Assembly (NCBI GenBank): GCA_044892525.1
Contig: CM097885.1
Coordinates: 260,524,001 to 260,588,000, forward strand
DNA length: 64,000 bases
Direction: 5' to 3'
From: Schmidtea polychroa
Lineage: Eukaryota
This document shows, in pieces, positions 1 through 11,923 of this stretch; positions within the stretch are counted from its first letter, which is position 1, and every line of letters starts with the position of its first letter. The notes under the pieces are model-generated. The model did not search any database. It worked only from the letters and a program-made list of their open reading frames with translations, and was not told the DNA's origin. A program made the position numbers and the translations under genes.

Positions 1-390
1 CGTACTGCCATAAATACTAAACATCTTTCTGTCAATCTTGATAGTGACTTTGGTTTCTCCCAAATTATAGATTCTGAAATACCATCACCAGCCATTTGGT
101 TTTCAGTTATCCAAACTAATAACAACTTTTCCATGTTCTCAATCAGTGGTGTTCTTTTAGAAGCAAGAATTGTTACACCTTGTGCGACATCAGCTGATTT
201 AATAGCATCCTTTATTTTTATTATGATAACAATGGCAGTTCTTGGCATATCTAATTCCTTTACTAAATCGGCGTGTTCCAACTTCAAACTTCGCAATAAT
301 TTTTTTTAAATCAATGGTATTTCATACTGCTTTTCTTTTTTCACCACCATTATTGTCACTGCACTTCTTACGACCATGGTCACTATATTT
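1..390 (-). mobile_element. Tigger/pogo transposase N-terminal relic (CENP-B-type HTH), runs off window start
   Basis: Minus-strand translation KDAIKSADVAQGVTILASKRTPLIENMEKLLLVWITENQMAGDGISESIIWEK matches the Tigger/TIGD 'EMEKLLxVWI..Q.AGD.IS..II.EK' pattern; stops and frameshifts upstream. Confidence 0.75.
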
Positions 391-778
391 CTTTACAAAA
401 TTATTACAAAATATTAGTCACAAAAATTTATTTAATAAAAATTTACATTTAAAATTTTTCTAATTTTTTTAAAATTTGCTGTGAATATCAATTATTTAAA
501 AGTAATATATAAATTTAAATTATTAGCATGATTTACTTATTTACTTAATTTTAAAATATTACTTATTTAAAACTTTATTACTTATTTTTAAATTTATGTA
601 CATTAATTATTTAAAAATATTATATCATAAATTTAAATTAAAAGGATAATTTACTTAATTTTTAAATATTACTTTGATTTATTATAAGTCAATGAATATT
701 ATAAATATCTAACCAAATTACATGTAAAAAATTTATTCCAGAGACATAAAATATTCCCTGAATATAGTGTGATTTGAA

Positions 779-1183
779 AAAAAACATTGTGGGACACTGC
801 AGCCCTTTAAAAAACTTCTTAAGTCCTCTGCAGTAATGAGAAAAAATATTGTGGCACACTATAGAAGTAAGAGAAAATGCTGTGGCACACTGCAGCAGTA
901 AAAAAACACCTGGCTCCCTGCAGCTTTCAAAAAAGTCCTTAAAGCCTCTGTAGGAATGAGAAAACCATTGTGGCATACTACAATAATGAGAATAAACCTT
1001 GTGGCACACTGCAGCGATGAAAAAATACCTTGTGACTCCCTGCAAGAGTAAGAAAAAAGCAAGTTGCTTCCTGCATCAGTGACAAAAAATCCTGTAGTCC
1101 TCTGCAGCAATAAAAAATACTCGGGGGTGAAAGGGGTATGGGTACACCGGATGGTTGTGCTACAGAGGGCTAATATCTACCTA
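779..1183. repeat. Right end of a non-autonomous TIR element with about 11 degenerate 29-31 bp subterminal repeats
   Basis: Units of the form AAAAA..TTGTGGCACACTGCAGCA at 779-1110, ending in GGTACACCGGATGGTTGTGCTACAGAGGGCTAATATCTACCTA. The same terminus recurs at about 7411-7442 and 26540-26583. Confidence 0.65.
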
Positions 1184-1329
1184 TTAATTTTAACTTTAAA
1201 ATAAATCTTACGATGATATCGCTCCCTTTATTTCAGAATCATTTGGCAGCAATTTTTGGGTATTCTTTTTTGATTGTGATCATTGTAATTTTAACTGTAA
1301 TCAAACCATACCGTACTATTTCGTATAAT

Positions 1330-1641
1330 GTAGCAATGTACACTATTCGAATTTTACACTTTTAGAAGCCTGAGAATCACTTCACGAAACCACTTTACTA
1401 TCGCAGCCTCGAGCCTGTTATTTTGGGGTTTTTGACTCCTGCTTTTAATACGTCTCGTATTTCATTTAACAGTCAATACTTTATTTTCCTTTTTAACCCA
1501 GCGCTTTATTTGTGATATTTGATACCCCGTACAGCTTTGCAATTTATTCAAAGATTCACCTGCTTTCATCTTGATAATGATTTTCAATTTTTCTTTTACT
1601 GAGATTTGACAGTTCTCTTGGTATCGTGGTTTAAGGCCCAT
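1330..1641 (-). mobile_element. Second pogo/CENP-B-like HTH transposase relic
   Basis: ATG at 1641; frameshifted translation ISVKEKLKIIIKMKAGESLNK..LYGVSK..WVKKE...NRLEAAIVKWFRE resembles psq-HTH plus CENP-B HTH. Confidence 0.55.
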
Positions 1642-3705
1642 ACTATTTTATAAAATAAAAATAATTATGATTTTAATAAATCAAATTAACATTAGATAAC
1701 CAATCGTTATGAATAGCTGCCTAAATAAAAAAATATATTTAACCTAAGTTTAGTATTTAGTTATTGAATATAAAATACAATATAAAACACTTGTGGTAAT
1801 AAAAGACTAGACTAAAAACTTCTTTCGAAGAACTTTGAAAACCAATGCGTACTTAATTTAATGGTTCCAAATATATTTCGTGTCCGAACACGAAGGAATT
1901 TATCAACTTAGTTTTAAAAATTCCGTTGCAATTGCATAAACAAGTGAAATAAAAGAATAAATGAAGAATTAATAGTATACCATGGTACACTATTCGGGCA
2001 GTTTTTTTTCTAATAAGGTACCAGCGGTATACCATTATGACGGGTACATTATTCGGAATAATACGGTATTTGTTATTTTTAATATATTTTGAAATCAACA
2101 TCTTATTTTGTTTAATTTGACGCCTAGAATCAGATTCTATTGTGTTAGCCGTTAACCCCTCAAACGAACCTAACAATATTACATTGGAATCGGTTCACGT
2201 CTGTTGTCAGTGAAATATAGATTTTTCATTATTTTAATTAATTTTTTGTATTTTGCTTTTCTTTCTAAACAATTTATTCAACTTGAAACTTATTGATTTA
2301 TTATTAATATTATTATTGGTTGATTTGCACACAATAGCACAAATTGAATCGATATGTTATGAATCAATATTATAAAAAATAAACATTTTTAGTTAAATTT
2401 TAAAACAAATTTGTTTCTGATTGAAATTATAATATAATAAATTCCGGAACATCGACGCAGCGATGATCGATTTTTGCTGATTCCAAACTGTTTCCATAGA
2501 GTTCTGCTAGAAAAATAAATCAATATTTAAAAACAACTGCTGAAACCGTAAATCAATATAAAAAATCGATGGCAAGATAACAATAGTAAATCGACACGCA
2601 TAAATCTATTGCACACACACACAAATGCACACATACACAAACACGCGTACGCACAAATAAGCCAATGAAATATCAGTAAAGTCTGAAAGTACGTCACAAT
2701 ACAATAAATGGGTAAATTGAGTAAATCGATAATTATGTCACAATTTGATCGATAAAATCACAAATATCCACAAAATTACCACAAATAAATTCGATCAATT
2801 AAAAATTAAATTTTATTATTGAAATGAATAATCAATAAACAACAAAAACAGTAAAACATTTCACTGGATCCGGTGGAAATGTAGAAATGTGGATATAATT
2901 CCATTTGTCAACATGAGCAATTACTACTCTTCTGTTCCCGATTTCTATCGCCCAGGTTGATCTTGTCTGGGGGATCATTGATTATGTCTCCCTAAATGAT
3001 GGGGCTAATTTCATTTCACGGATTTGATTTTTTAATCAATATTTTAATATTACAATTTTTCAATCAATATATTTACATTTAACAATAATCTATATCAATT
3101 ATTAATTTCATTGATTAGTTAATGGATTTATTTTAGTAATTTCGATTACAGATGGTTTTAATCCTCTAAAAATAATCAAAACCAAAGCAACATTTGCAAT
3201 AGCGTGATTGGTAGCTGGAGAAACCGACCATTCCGAGCGGAACTTTTGGTATAATGTAACGAAAATAAAAGTTGAGAAATCTTGCCAAAGATAAATTTGA
3301 TTTTGACAATATAATCGACGATTTAGTGAAAAGAAAAGCATGAAATTTAATTTTTTTTAAATGTTTAAGTTTCAAATCGAATTTTTTTTATCAATATTTC
3401 AATTATACAATTTTTTCGATCAATATATTGATATTTAATAACCTAAATGGATTCTTAATTTAAAATATTGAATAATTTAGCAAGCTTTATTGATTATTTG
3501 CTACTTTAGGCATGTCAATAAAATATATTTTATCCCTTTAAAAATAATCGATATCGAAGCAGGATTATTATTTCGTTTTATTGAATATATAGTTTGCAGC
3601 AAAAAGCTTATATTATCATTTACTTGCTTAATATTACGTCATCATTGTTTTCGTATATAACTGGTGACATAGATAATTATGGCAAATTGATGATGAGGAT
3701 AATTT

Positions 3706-3836
3706 NNNNNNNNNNNNNNNNNNNNNNNNNNNNNNNNNNNNNNNNNNNNNNNNNNNNNNNNNNNNNNNNNNNNNNNNNNNNNNNNNNNNNNNNNNNNNNN
3801 NNNNNNNNNNNNNNNNNNNNNNNNNNNNNNNNNNNN
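3706..3836. other. Assembly gap (N run)
   Basis: Run of n. Confidence 1.
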
Positions 3837-3844
3837 GCCATAAT

Positions 3845-3930
3845 TATCTTATAGTCGAAAATTTTTTCATTAAATACATTATTCACAGCAAAAGGAATAA
3901 ATTATCACTTTTATTATTTTAAATGATAAT
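3845..3930 (+). repeat. Dispersed repeat of about 85 bp (second copy 34508-34590)
   Basis: TATCTTATAGTCGAAAAT(T)TTTTCATTAAATACATTATTC(A/G)CAGCAAAAGG...AATTATCA shared between the two loci. Confidence 0.8.
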
Positions 3931-3931
3931 G

Positions 3932-3996
<65 letters not shown>
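3922..3996. repeat. (AAT)n microsatellite
   Basis: More than 20 consecutive AAT units. Confidence 0.98.
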
Positions 3997-4347
3997 CAAC
4001 CCTAAATCTAATGAAACTCAACAATAGTGATTCGCCATTAATGATTTCATAGAAATACCTATTAATAGTTATTGACTGTCAATGTGGATCAACTGACACC
4101 TTGAAATACTACTGGTATGAATCAAAATCTACATTAGCTAATGACGATTTTAAGCGATAAGCACTTAAATAGAGCAATTAAATAATTCAAAATCATTAAT
4201 TCATCATCGAATCGATCAAACTTCAATAAATGCAAAAATAATCGTGTCGAATACAAAGTTCGATATTAATTAATAAAATAGAAAATTAATTTATCATTAA
4301 TAATAAAAACGATCATAGTGTGAATGCGACTGATATTGGTAACATTT

Positions 4348-4566
4348 NNNNNNNNNNNNNNNNNNNNNNNNNNNNNNNNNNNNNNNNNNNNNNNNNNNNN
4401 NNNNNNNNNNNNNNNNNNNNNNNNNNNNNNNNNNNNNNNNNNNNNNNNNNNNNNNNNNNNNNNNNNNNNNNNNNNNNNNNNNNNNNNNNNNNNNNNNNNN
4501 NNNNNNNNNNNNNNNNNNNNNNNNNNNNNNNNNNNNNNNNNNNNNNNNNNNNNNNNNNNNNNNNNN
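4348..4566. other. Assembly gap (N run)
   Basis: Run of n. Confidence 1.
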
Positions 4567-5027
4567 GGTACGCTATCAATCGACTTTATCCTTGATCCGA
4601 ACAACTTTACCGGTGGAAATGGTTCAAAGAGAATAGAATCTATGTATGAGCATCGTATTTTCTTGAAAATATTTCGTAGACGAATATAGTCACGGTATTT
4701 TAAATTGATATATATGAGAATTAGAACGCGTCATTTGAATGTCGAGTAAAGCCGTATATATTATTTTAGCAATATTACAAATTATGGGAGAAATAATGTT
4801 TTCATATTCTAAGTAATTCATCATAATTTATTTATTACTCATACATCACAATCAAATATATATTTTATTCTAATATCGGTTATTCTAATTATAAATCGGT
4901 CATCTTCTTTATTGCCGCCCATGCCTTTCCTAACAAGAATCGTGTATACTACAGTAAAAATATTATATATTTGAATACCCGTTTCATCATTATCTAACTT
5001 TATTTTCTCATCTTTATTCATTATATA

Positions 5028-5570
5028 TTATTTTCTATTCCCAGTTTTTTGTATAGTAGTGCAAATTTTTGTATTCGATTTTTTGCCTAATGTGATATAC
5101 CGAATTTGGTTAACTTTCTTTCCATAAACTAGTTCTCCTGGACTACAGCCAATAGTTATGAATACAGTTGCTTTTAACATAAATTCAATGTTGTTAATAA
5201 ATCTACTCAACTTTTATGCTCTTGTCCTTTAGTGAAGTATAAATTGCATCTGTAATTGCATCTGTAATTGCATCTGTAATTGCCTGAAATTGTCATTCTA
5301 TCAATCAGTTTTCTGAGTATACTATATTTATATTATTTTTCTTTGCAAGATATTTAAATGGAACTGAAGCAGTCGTGTAATTGTATGATAATTTTCTGAA
5401 ATGCTTTTTGAAAAAGTACAGGAATCTGCACTCTCATATTTTCCATCCGTATATATTGCATTAGTGCCTATATTACCCGCCTACTAGCCCTTTCCCAATA
5501 TTTACTTGGTTTTTGAAAATAATCATTTTAACAAATATGGAAATTTATGGTTAACCACGAGAAGAATATA
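5028..5570 (-). mobile_element. Degenerate LTR-retrotransposon (Gypsy-like) integrase fragment
   Basis: IEFMLKATVFITIGCSPGELVYGKK resembles the integrase C-terminal 'EF..N.T.H.TTG.SP.ELV.G' motif; upstream YILLVVNH and IYTDG resemble the YILVVVD and IHTDQG motifs; many stops. Confidence 0.5.
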
Positions 5571-6204
5571 ACATTTATAACATAATATTTCAAAGAACTT
5601 TATTAGTAATAATAACAGCAATTAAACTGAATAAATAGGAAAGGAAGACAGTAAATTAATGAAGTAGTATAATCGGCGGGATATATTCATTGCTTTAATC
5701 AAATAACGGGCTTAAGCAATTTTTACAGTTGAAAATTGTTTGTATTGGGCAAATGCGTTGGTTACAAGGTTAGTAGTAGTACATATTGTATTGTTACAAT
5801 TAGCATATTTTGTTTATTTACCGTTCATTCTCACTAGGGTACGATCCTATTTTCTCTAATGGGGAATGTGAATATTATAATATGAATTAAATACTCAATA
5901 TTATACTGATGTTAAGATTTTAGAATTTTTTTCTGATTAAAATATGAATGAAAAATCTAAATATTATTATCAATTTCAAAATTCAAAATATAGAAAAATA
6001 TTTATTGGGTTAAAAAAACATTTTAATTTAGTTTTTGATAATTTTAATGTTGAATTCAAAAATGATCATGAATAAATCAAAATCAAGATCATTAGCCAAA
6101 AATTCATGAGTTCTATACAAAAAGTATTATAAAAATTTTGCTTTAGCTAACCTAGATAATACTATAAAAAAATTCCCTCATTCAGTTGGGTATTCTGCTT
6201 TATT

Positions 6205-6345
6205 ATCAAATTCAATCAATAATATATTGCAATATCAATATTACAATATTGACCAATAATAACCAATGATTTAATCAATACTATTTTTATCGATTGAATA
6301 ATATAGTATTGCTTGAATCATTGATTATTGATTGCCAATATAATA
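6205..6345. repeat. Fold-back copy of the 8.2-8.7 kb minisatellite unit
   Basis: CAATGATTTAATCAATACTAT is followed by its near reverse complement ATAGTATTGCTTGAATCATTG; CAATGATCCAAGCAATACTAT occurs at about 8276. Confidence 0.6.
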
Positions 6346-7109
6346 TTAATATTAGGGTGGAGGTTAAAAAATTAATATTTATTTAAGTCCTACCCCTCTT
6401 AACTCAAATTTAGCAATTTTTTGATAGGTTTTTGGCAAAATTTTTAGAATTTTGGCAAAAAATTACCAAATGGATATTGGATATAAAATTAATTTGTTTG
6501 TTGAGTTGGATAGATGGGAACTTCATAAAGAGGTATTGGTTAGAGAATATCCAATTACGTAAGAGAAGTATTGGTCAATCAATAACCAATTAGGGAAAAG
6601 GAGATTAAATATAACAAAAGTAAAAAATAGTAAACAATGGGCAGTAAGGATAAACAATTTATTAATACAACAATCATAAAAGGTTAAAAAAGCCAGCTAT
6701 CCTACCTATTGCATCGCAAAATCCGAACCATCATCTTCCACCGATGAATTATTATTATCCTTATTGAAATAAAATGCAAATTAAGTGTATATATTTTCAT
6801 TGTTGAAATTTATATCTAATGCTAATAATTAAATCAATTAAAATTTCTCTTCAATCTTGGCATTTTTTGGCATTTGGGTTACTTATAACATAGAAACACT
6901 GCATAAAATTTTTGAGCAGTAAATTCTTCTGTTTAGGAGTAGTTATGAAAACTGTGAAAATTAAACAAATTACGAGTATACTTTATTACATATTGTCAAT
7001 TAATTCTCAACAGTATTTATTTAGAGTTCATAGAATCAGTATCAATTGATAGTGTTCAATTGCTCGCAGTCCATCATATATTATTGTTTTCATGGCAACC
7101 CGGGCAGAG

Positions 7110-7230
7110 TCTATATCCTGCTATTAGAGGACATTTTGCGATGGAATTGCAGCTGCGTTTCATCACTAGTTATTAATCTGCTATACTCCTGAATCAGTGC
7201 TACGCCACGTTCAGAATGGTCATTGGTAGA
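7110..7230 (-). mobile_element. C-terminal fragment of an unclassified DNA-transposon-type protein
   Basis: TNDHSERGVALIQEYSRLITSDETQLQF resembles the recurring NDxAERGVxLI motif of transposon-derived proteins (recalled, not searched). Confidence 0.45.
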
Positions 7231-7309
7231 TGGATAGCGCCCCTATTTAATATCACGAGACCTTAAATTAATATGCATTTTTATCGAGGACCCTTTTTGT
7301 ATTGAAAGT

Positions 7310-7445
7310 CCCAGAAAAAATAAGCGTAGCCCCTTGCAGCAATTACGTAATCAATAAACACAAAAATGGCTTCCGTAGTAATTTATTTTCTAGGTGGGGG
7401 GGGGGGGGGGGGTACACCGGATGGTCGTGCTGCAGTAGGCTACTA
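7310..7445. repeat. Second copy of the TIR-element right end
   Basis: AAAAAATAAGCGTAGCCCCTTGCAGCAAT subterminal unit, then poly-G and GGTACACCGGATGGTCGTGCTGCAGTAGGCTA. Confidence 0.65.
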
Positions 7446-7559
7446 ACTAACTACTTTTCATCAGCTTCAATGACACTCTGGAGGTGACGTGTAAAATTTG
7501 AAACTCGCTTGTGAGCTTGACTTTCGATATTGACTCCAAATATTGGACAAAATTGTTCT

Positions 7560-7960
7560 CCTGAATTATCGATGTTTTTTAGCACTCGTAATTCCTGAAG
7601 ATAAAGCGATCCATGAGATTTGCATAGGGTGAGTAGGTCGGGTAGAGACACGCGGTGTTCTTCAAGCCAAAGTCGAATCAACTGTGCTACGTGAGGTCTG
7701 GCATTGTCATGCTGAATGACCATTTCCCAAGTGGGTAGTATTGTTTGAAAGTTTGAAATCATATTCTACAGAAATTGTAGGTATCCCTCAGCATTAATAG
7801 ATCCACCGTCGTGAAGAAGTTCGAAATAGGTAATGGTAATCTGCTGTACTCTCCGGAGGGTAAATCGACAAGAAAGCGGTGGATTTCGGAAGCCGAAAAG
7901 TTATTTCGTGTTAAATTTGAAACGAATAAATTTATGTTGCATTGCTTCGTCTTCATCTTT
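7560..7960 (-). mobile_element. Tc1/mariner transposase relic
   Basis: QHDNARPHVAQLIRLWLEEH (second catalytic Asp motif) and an N-terminal HTH-like NNFSASEIHRFLVD; internally deleted. Confidence 0.7.
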
Positions 7961-8199
7961 CAGGCAAAATCATATAACCAACTCTAAACAATTTGTTTTA
8001 ATTTAAATCTTAAGCTTTCCAGTCTTATTAATGATCTGTCTTAGAAAATTTACTTAAGAAATTTTAACATTGATCTTCAGATATTTTTTTTCTGATAAAA
8101 ACGAAGTTTTTTTTGCCGGCCAAAATGAGAGAGTAAGAAGATAAATTTTCAAAAGTTAAAAAATAAGCTCCATCTTAATTAATATGGTAATATATTATC

Positions 8200-8690
8200 A
8201 TTTGGATGAAATAGTATTCATCGGATCAGTGATTATTAATATAGCAATATTAATATTATATTGTTCAATAAAAACCAATGATCCAAGCAATACTATATCA
8301 CCCAATCGATAATATATTGCCATATCAGAATTTTATTGGCCAATAATAATCAGAGATCCAATCAATATTATATTGCAATATCAGCATTATATTGGTCAAT
8401 AATAATCAAAGATCCAATCAATACTATATCGCCCAATCGATAATATAATGTCATATCAGCATTATATTGGTCAATAATAATCAAAGATCCAATCAGTACT
8501 ATATTGCCATATCAGAATTATATTGGCCAATAATAATCAAAGATCCAGTCGATACTATATCGCCCAATCGATAATATATTGCCATATCAGCATTATATTG
8601 ACCAATAATAATCAAAGATCCAATAAATACTATATCGCCCAATCGATAATATATTGCCACATCAACATGATATGGTCCAATCAATAGTAT
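8200..8690. repeat. Minisatellite with alternating 75 bp and 56 bp units (131 bp higher-order repeat)
   Basis: GATCCA anchors at 8280, 8355, 8411, 8486, 8542 and 8617 give spacings of 75, 56, 75, 56 and 75 bp. Confidence 0.9.
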
Positions 8691-9012
8691 ATAAACATTG
8701 AACATTAAAAACATTATATGAATATTTCATTACTTGAATTTCATTAATTGAATTGCAGATAGTAAATGAAGATAGAAAGTATCCAATGGACAAATAACGG
8801 AAGATATAAATCATACCGTAATGACTACAGATGAATAAACGGTCATGCGTCTCGAATAAATATTAATGTTAAAATACTGCGACTGGCGTAAGAAAATGAT
8901 TAATATCGAGTTTATTAAATTTGGCAGATATACAAAGGCTTGAAATAAATAATTAAATAAATCTTCCATTAATAATGATGTATCAAATCAAGTGATTAAT
9001 CATAAAATTTAC

Positions 9013-9150
9013 CTCATTTTCCTGAGCAAGTGCGGCACGAGCCACATTCTGAAAAGCTTGCTCAACGTTTAAAGCTTCTTTTGCACTACATTCGAAATAT
9101 GCGATATCGCCTTTAGATTGACACCATTGTTGTGCACGTCGTGATGTAAC
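9013..9150 (-). CDS. RAB7: Rab7 GTPase, exon 3
   Basis: ttttag|[46 protein letters not shown]|gtaaat; phase 0, continues exon 2 and contains the G5 SAK motif. Confidence 0.93.
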
Positions 9151-10329
9151 CTAAAATTAAGTGTAAAGGTTTACAGACTGGCAGTTGGACTTTACAAGGA
9201 AATCATTATATAATTATTTCATGATTAGGTTAGCTATTTCTTTATCATTTCAAGCTCTTAATCTGAAAGGGATGCCCGTCACCAAACACATTACCATATG
9301 AAACAACTAACGAATTCGATAGAGTCAATGTCAAATCTATTATGATCTTTCTAAAACAAATTTCAATGGAACGAATACAATTTCCACCTCTATTAGTTAT
9401 TATAAATGCATCTTATTTATCAATCAGAAAATAATTATGTTAATTCCAGTAATATAATTGCACCTCATTAACATAATAATTAAATTGTATTCATTATGGA
9501 AACTTAGTAGCCCGCTTGATTGCGAGAAATACCACAAAAGGATGAAACGAAAGTGTCAGGTTCCTCACCATATCTGATTGCTGGAACATGAAAATTTATT
9601 TATTTGTGTAGTGCCCAATTATATTGAATTCAGGTGTTGAGTATTTTTCGAGCCTGGTATCACGTTAACCCATAAATGTTGTAAATGGATGTCATTCAAC
9701 AATTCTTGAACTAAGGGAACCGCAATTTCAAATCATGTTTGCAAATTTGTCAATAATATTGTCTACTTATTTCTGCAAGCACATATTGTTCTACCTATAC
9801 ATAGAAATGGACGAAATTTATATAACAGGCCAGCTGAGAATGCAGAGAATTTAATTTTGGAAACTTATCGTAAGAATAATAAAAATAAAAGGATTTGAAT
9901 ATTGAAAATAAGTGTCAAAATAAAGATTTCATTGAAAAATTATATAATTACTGTGTTTTCACGTATATAACAAGGTGACCAGGGGTACTACTTGCAGAGA
10001 TAAAATACTTCATTTTGATGATCTAAATTTCCCAATTTATATTCTTTATTTTGTCATGTTATGTACTTATTGTACTGTTTTGGATAATATTGTGAAAATC
10101 AATTATATGGATATTCAAATAGAATGACGAGATACAAAAATATAAAGTAGATTGGGAAAAAATTTTGGAGGAAGTTCATTATGTTGTAGAAAATCACAAA
10201 ATTATTATTGATGACAATGAACTCTTCGGTGAAGTTAGACGAGTAAAACTTTAAAAATGGAATAAAAATAAAATAGAAGTTAACTTTCGTTATAAATTAA
10301 TATTTTAAAGATGAGCATATTCTATAGAA

Positions 10330-10660
10330 ACGCCATTACTGGAGATTTACCTTCGATGAAGTCACTGCTGATAAGGTTTCTATGTTTAATTTTGATTTGT
10401 CATTAATCCAGAAATCGTTAATAATTGAAAATAGTCTTTCAACTATCGCATTAGTACTCAGTAAGCACATTACAAATTCAAAAAGTTATTTCAAATTTTT
10501 TATACGAATAATCTTATCTTTAAAATACTTGTTTATTTCTATTCAAAGAAAATTAACTTCTATTTTATTTCTATTCCATTTATATGTTTCCTTGGAACAA
10601 TACATTCTTACTCCCTTGCTTCATCGAAGAGTCCATTGTCACCAATAACAATTTCGTAAT
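10330..10660 (-). mobile_element. hAT transposase C-terminal (dimerisation) relic; partial inverted paralog at about 10196-10320
   Basis: TNAIVERLFSIINDFWINDKSKLNIETLSA matches the hAT 'ER.FS' motif; ATTGTTATTGGTGACAATGGACTCTTCGATGAAG on minus is mirrored by ATTATTATTGATGACAATGAACTCTTCGGTGAAG on plus. Confidence 0.6.
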
Positions 10661-11923
10661 TTTCTAACACATAATGAACTTTGTACTGAAATGAAATTGT
10701 GAGATAATTTCATCGGGACGTTCAATACTTAAAATTGTGGTCTAGCCAGTAAAAAAAACTTTTATTGAAAAGTTGATTCATCACAGTAAATGAGGGTTCT
10801 AAGTAAATATTGATTAACGTCAATTTGATTAAGTAAAGTTTCAAATTGATTCCTTCAGCATAATTTTCTTCTACCATTTTCTAACATTACACGCTATTTT
10901 AAAATTTTATCCAATTTCCATAGAAACACTTCTCAATATCACAAATATTTCCAGTTTCCTTAAACTTTGCGAAGGTATACCTCAAAGCCTACTCTGCTGG
11001 TATGTATTTCCATTCCTGTTATTACAAACTATTCATTTGCCCACAAATGCTGATTAATTCTTGGATTGTAGTGATATTATCCAAAATAATAACGAGAAAT
11101 GTGAAAAATTAATCAATTTTTTTGGTGGATAAAGATTTTGAATGAAAATGAAAAAATTAACTGTTGAGATATCAATGATTCAAGGTTCCGAAATTTTTTT
11201 TGCCTTTTAGAGCATTATGAAAACAACAAAGATTATATTTAGAATTTCTCAAGAGTACCACAAACACGGATTTATTAATGTTGCACATCTCAAGAGTTAC
11301 GGTACATTAAATTGCGTTTCTACTATTTATAGAAGTTCTTGCATAAAATTAATTATCGATAAGGTTATGCAGTTTATATGTTCAATAAGTTAAATTTTAT
11401 GCATTTATCAATTACAACATACTTTTTTCAAAACGAAATTTATTTTAATTACAATGTCTAAAGTCTTTAACAAATTTAAGAAAAAATATTTTACGAGTAC
11501 TTATAATTTTCTCAAAGAGAAGAAAAATAAAAATTCGGCACTATTTGGATGTAAATTATAATAACGATAATATATTTACAATGCAGATCCTGTAATCCAG
11601 CCAACACAATTTCTATTGAATACTTTTCATTGTAATGCAACACTGACTGGCATTCAATTATCCGTATTTATTTATTTATTTATTACTAAATCAACTGTTT
11701 ATCTAAAGAATTTTCTAAGCAACATGACTGATTATTTTGCATTACTTTTATAGCTTATCACAAGATTTTATCTTTCTAGATGAAATATTTGAATGTTGAT
11801 TTAATTTGTACGAAAATCAAGTTCACAAAACATGAAATTTTCAATTTTAATTTGACTAAAAGAGAAGCACTCTTTTATAATTAACCTTAATGATGTAATA
11901 CAGATTTTAATTGTCAATATTAA

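Noticed and set aside
779-1110. Regularly spaced ~30 bp units resembling a CRISPR array
   Set aside because: The units are degenerate along their whole length with no unique spacers, the context is eukaryotic, and there are no cas genes.
1853-3375. Coding-looking patches (1853-2176, 2860-3020, 3166-3340)
   Set aside because: Both strands give short open frames; no consistent exon chain or family motif was found.
3594-4689. ORFs in the track spanning N runs (also 14386-15051)
   Set aside because: These are artefacts of translating gaps.
8499-8714. ORF with 25 aa repeats as a repeat protein
   Set aside because: It is a by-product of the 75 bp satellite unit; the 56 bp units break the frame.
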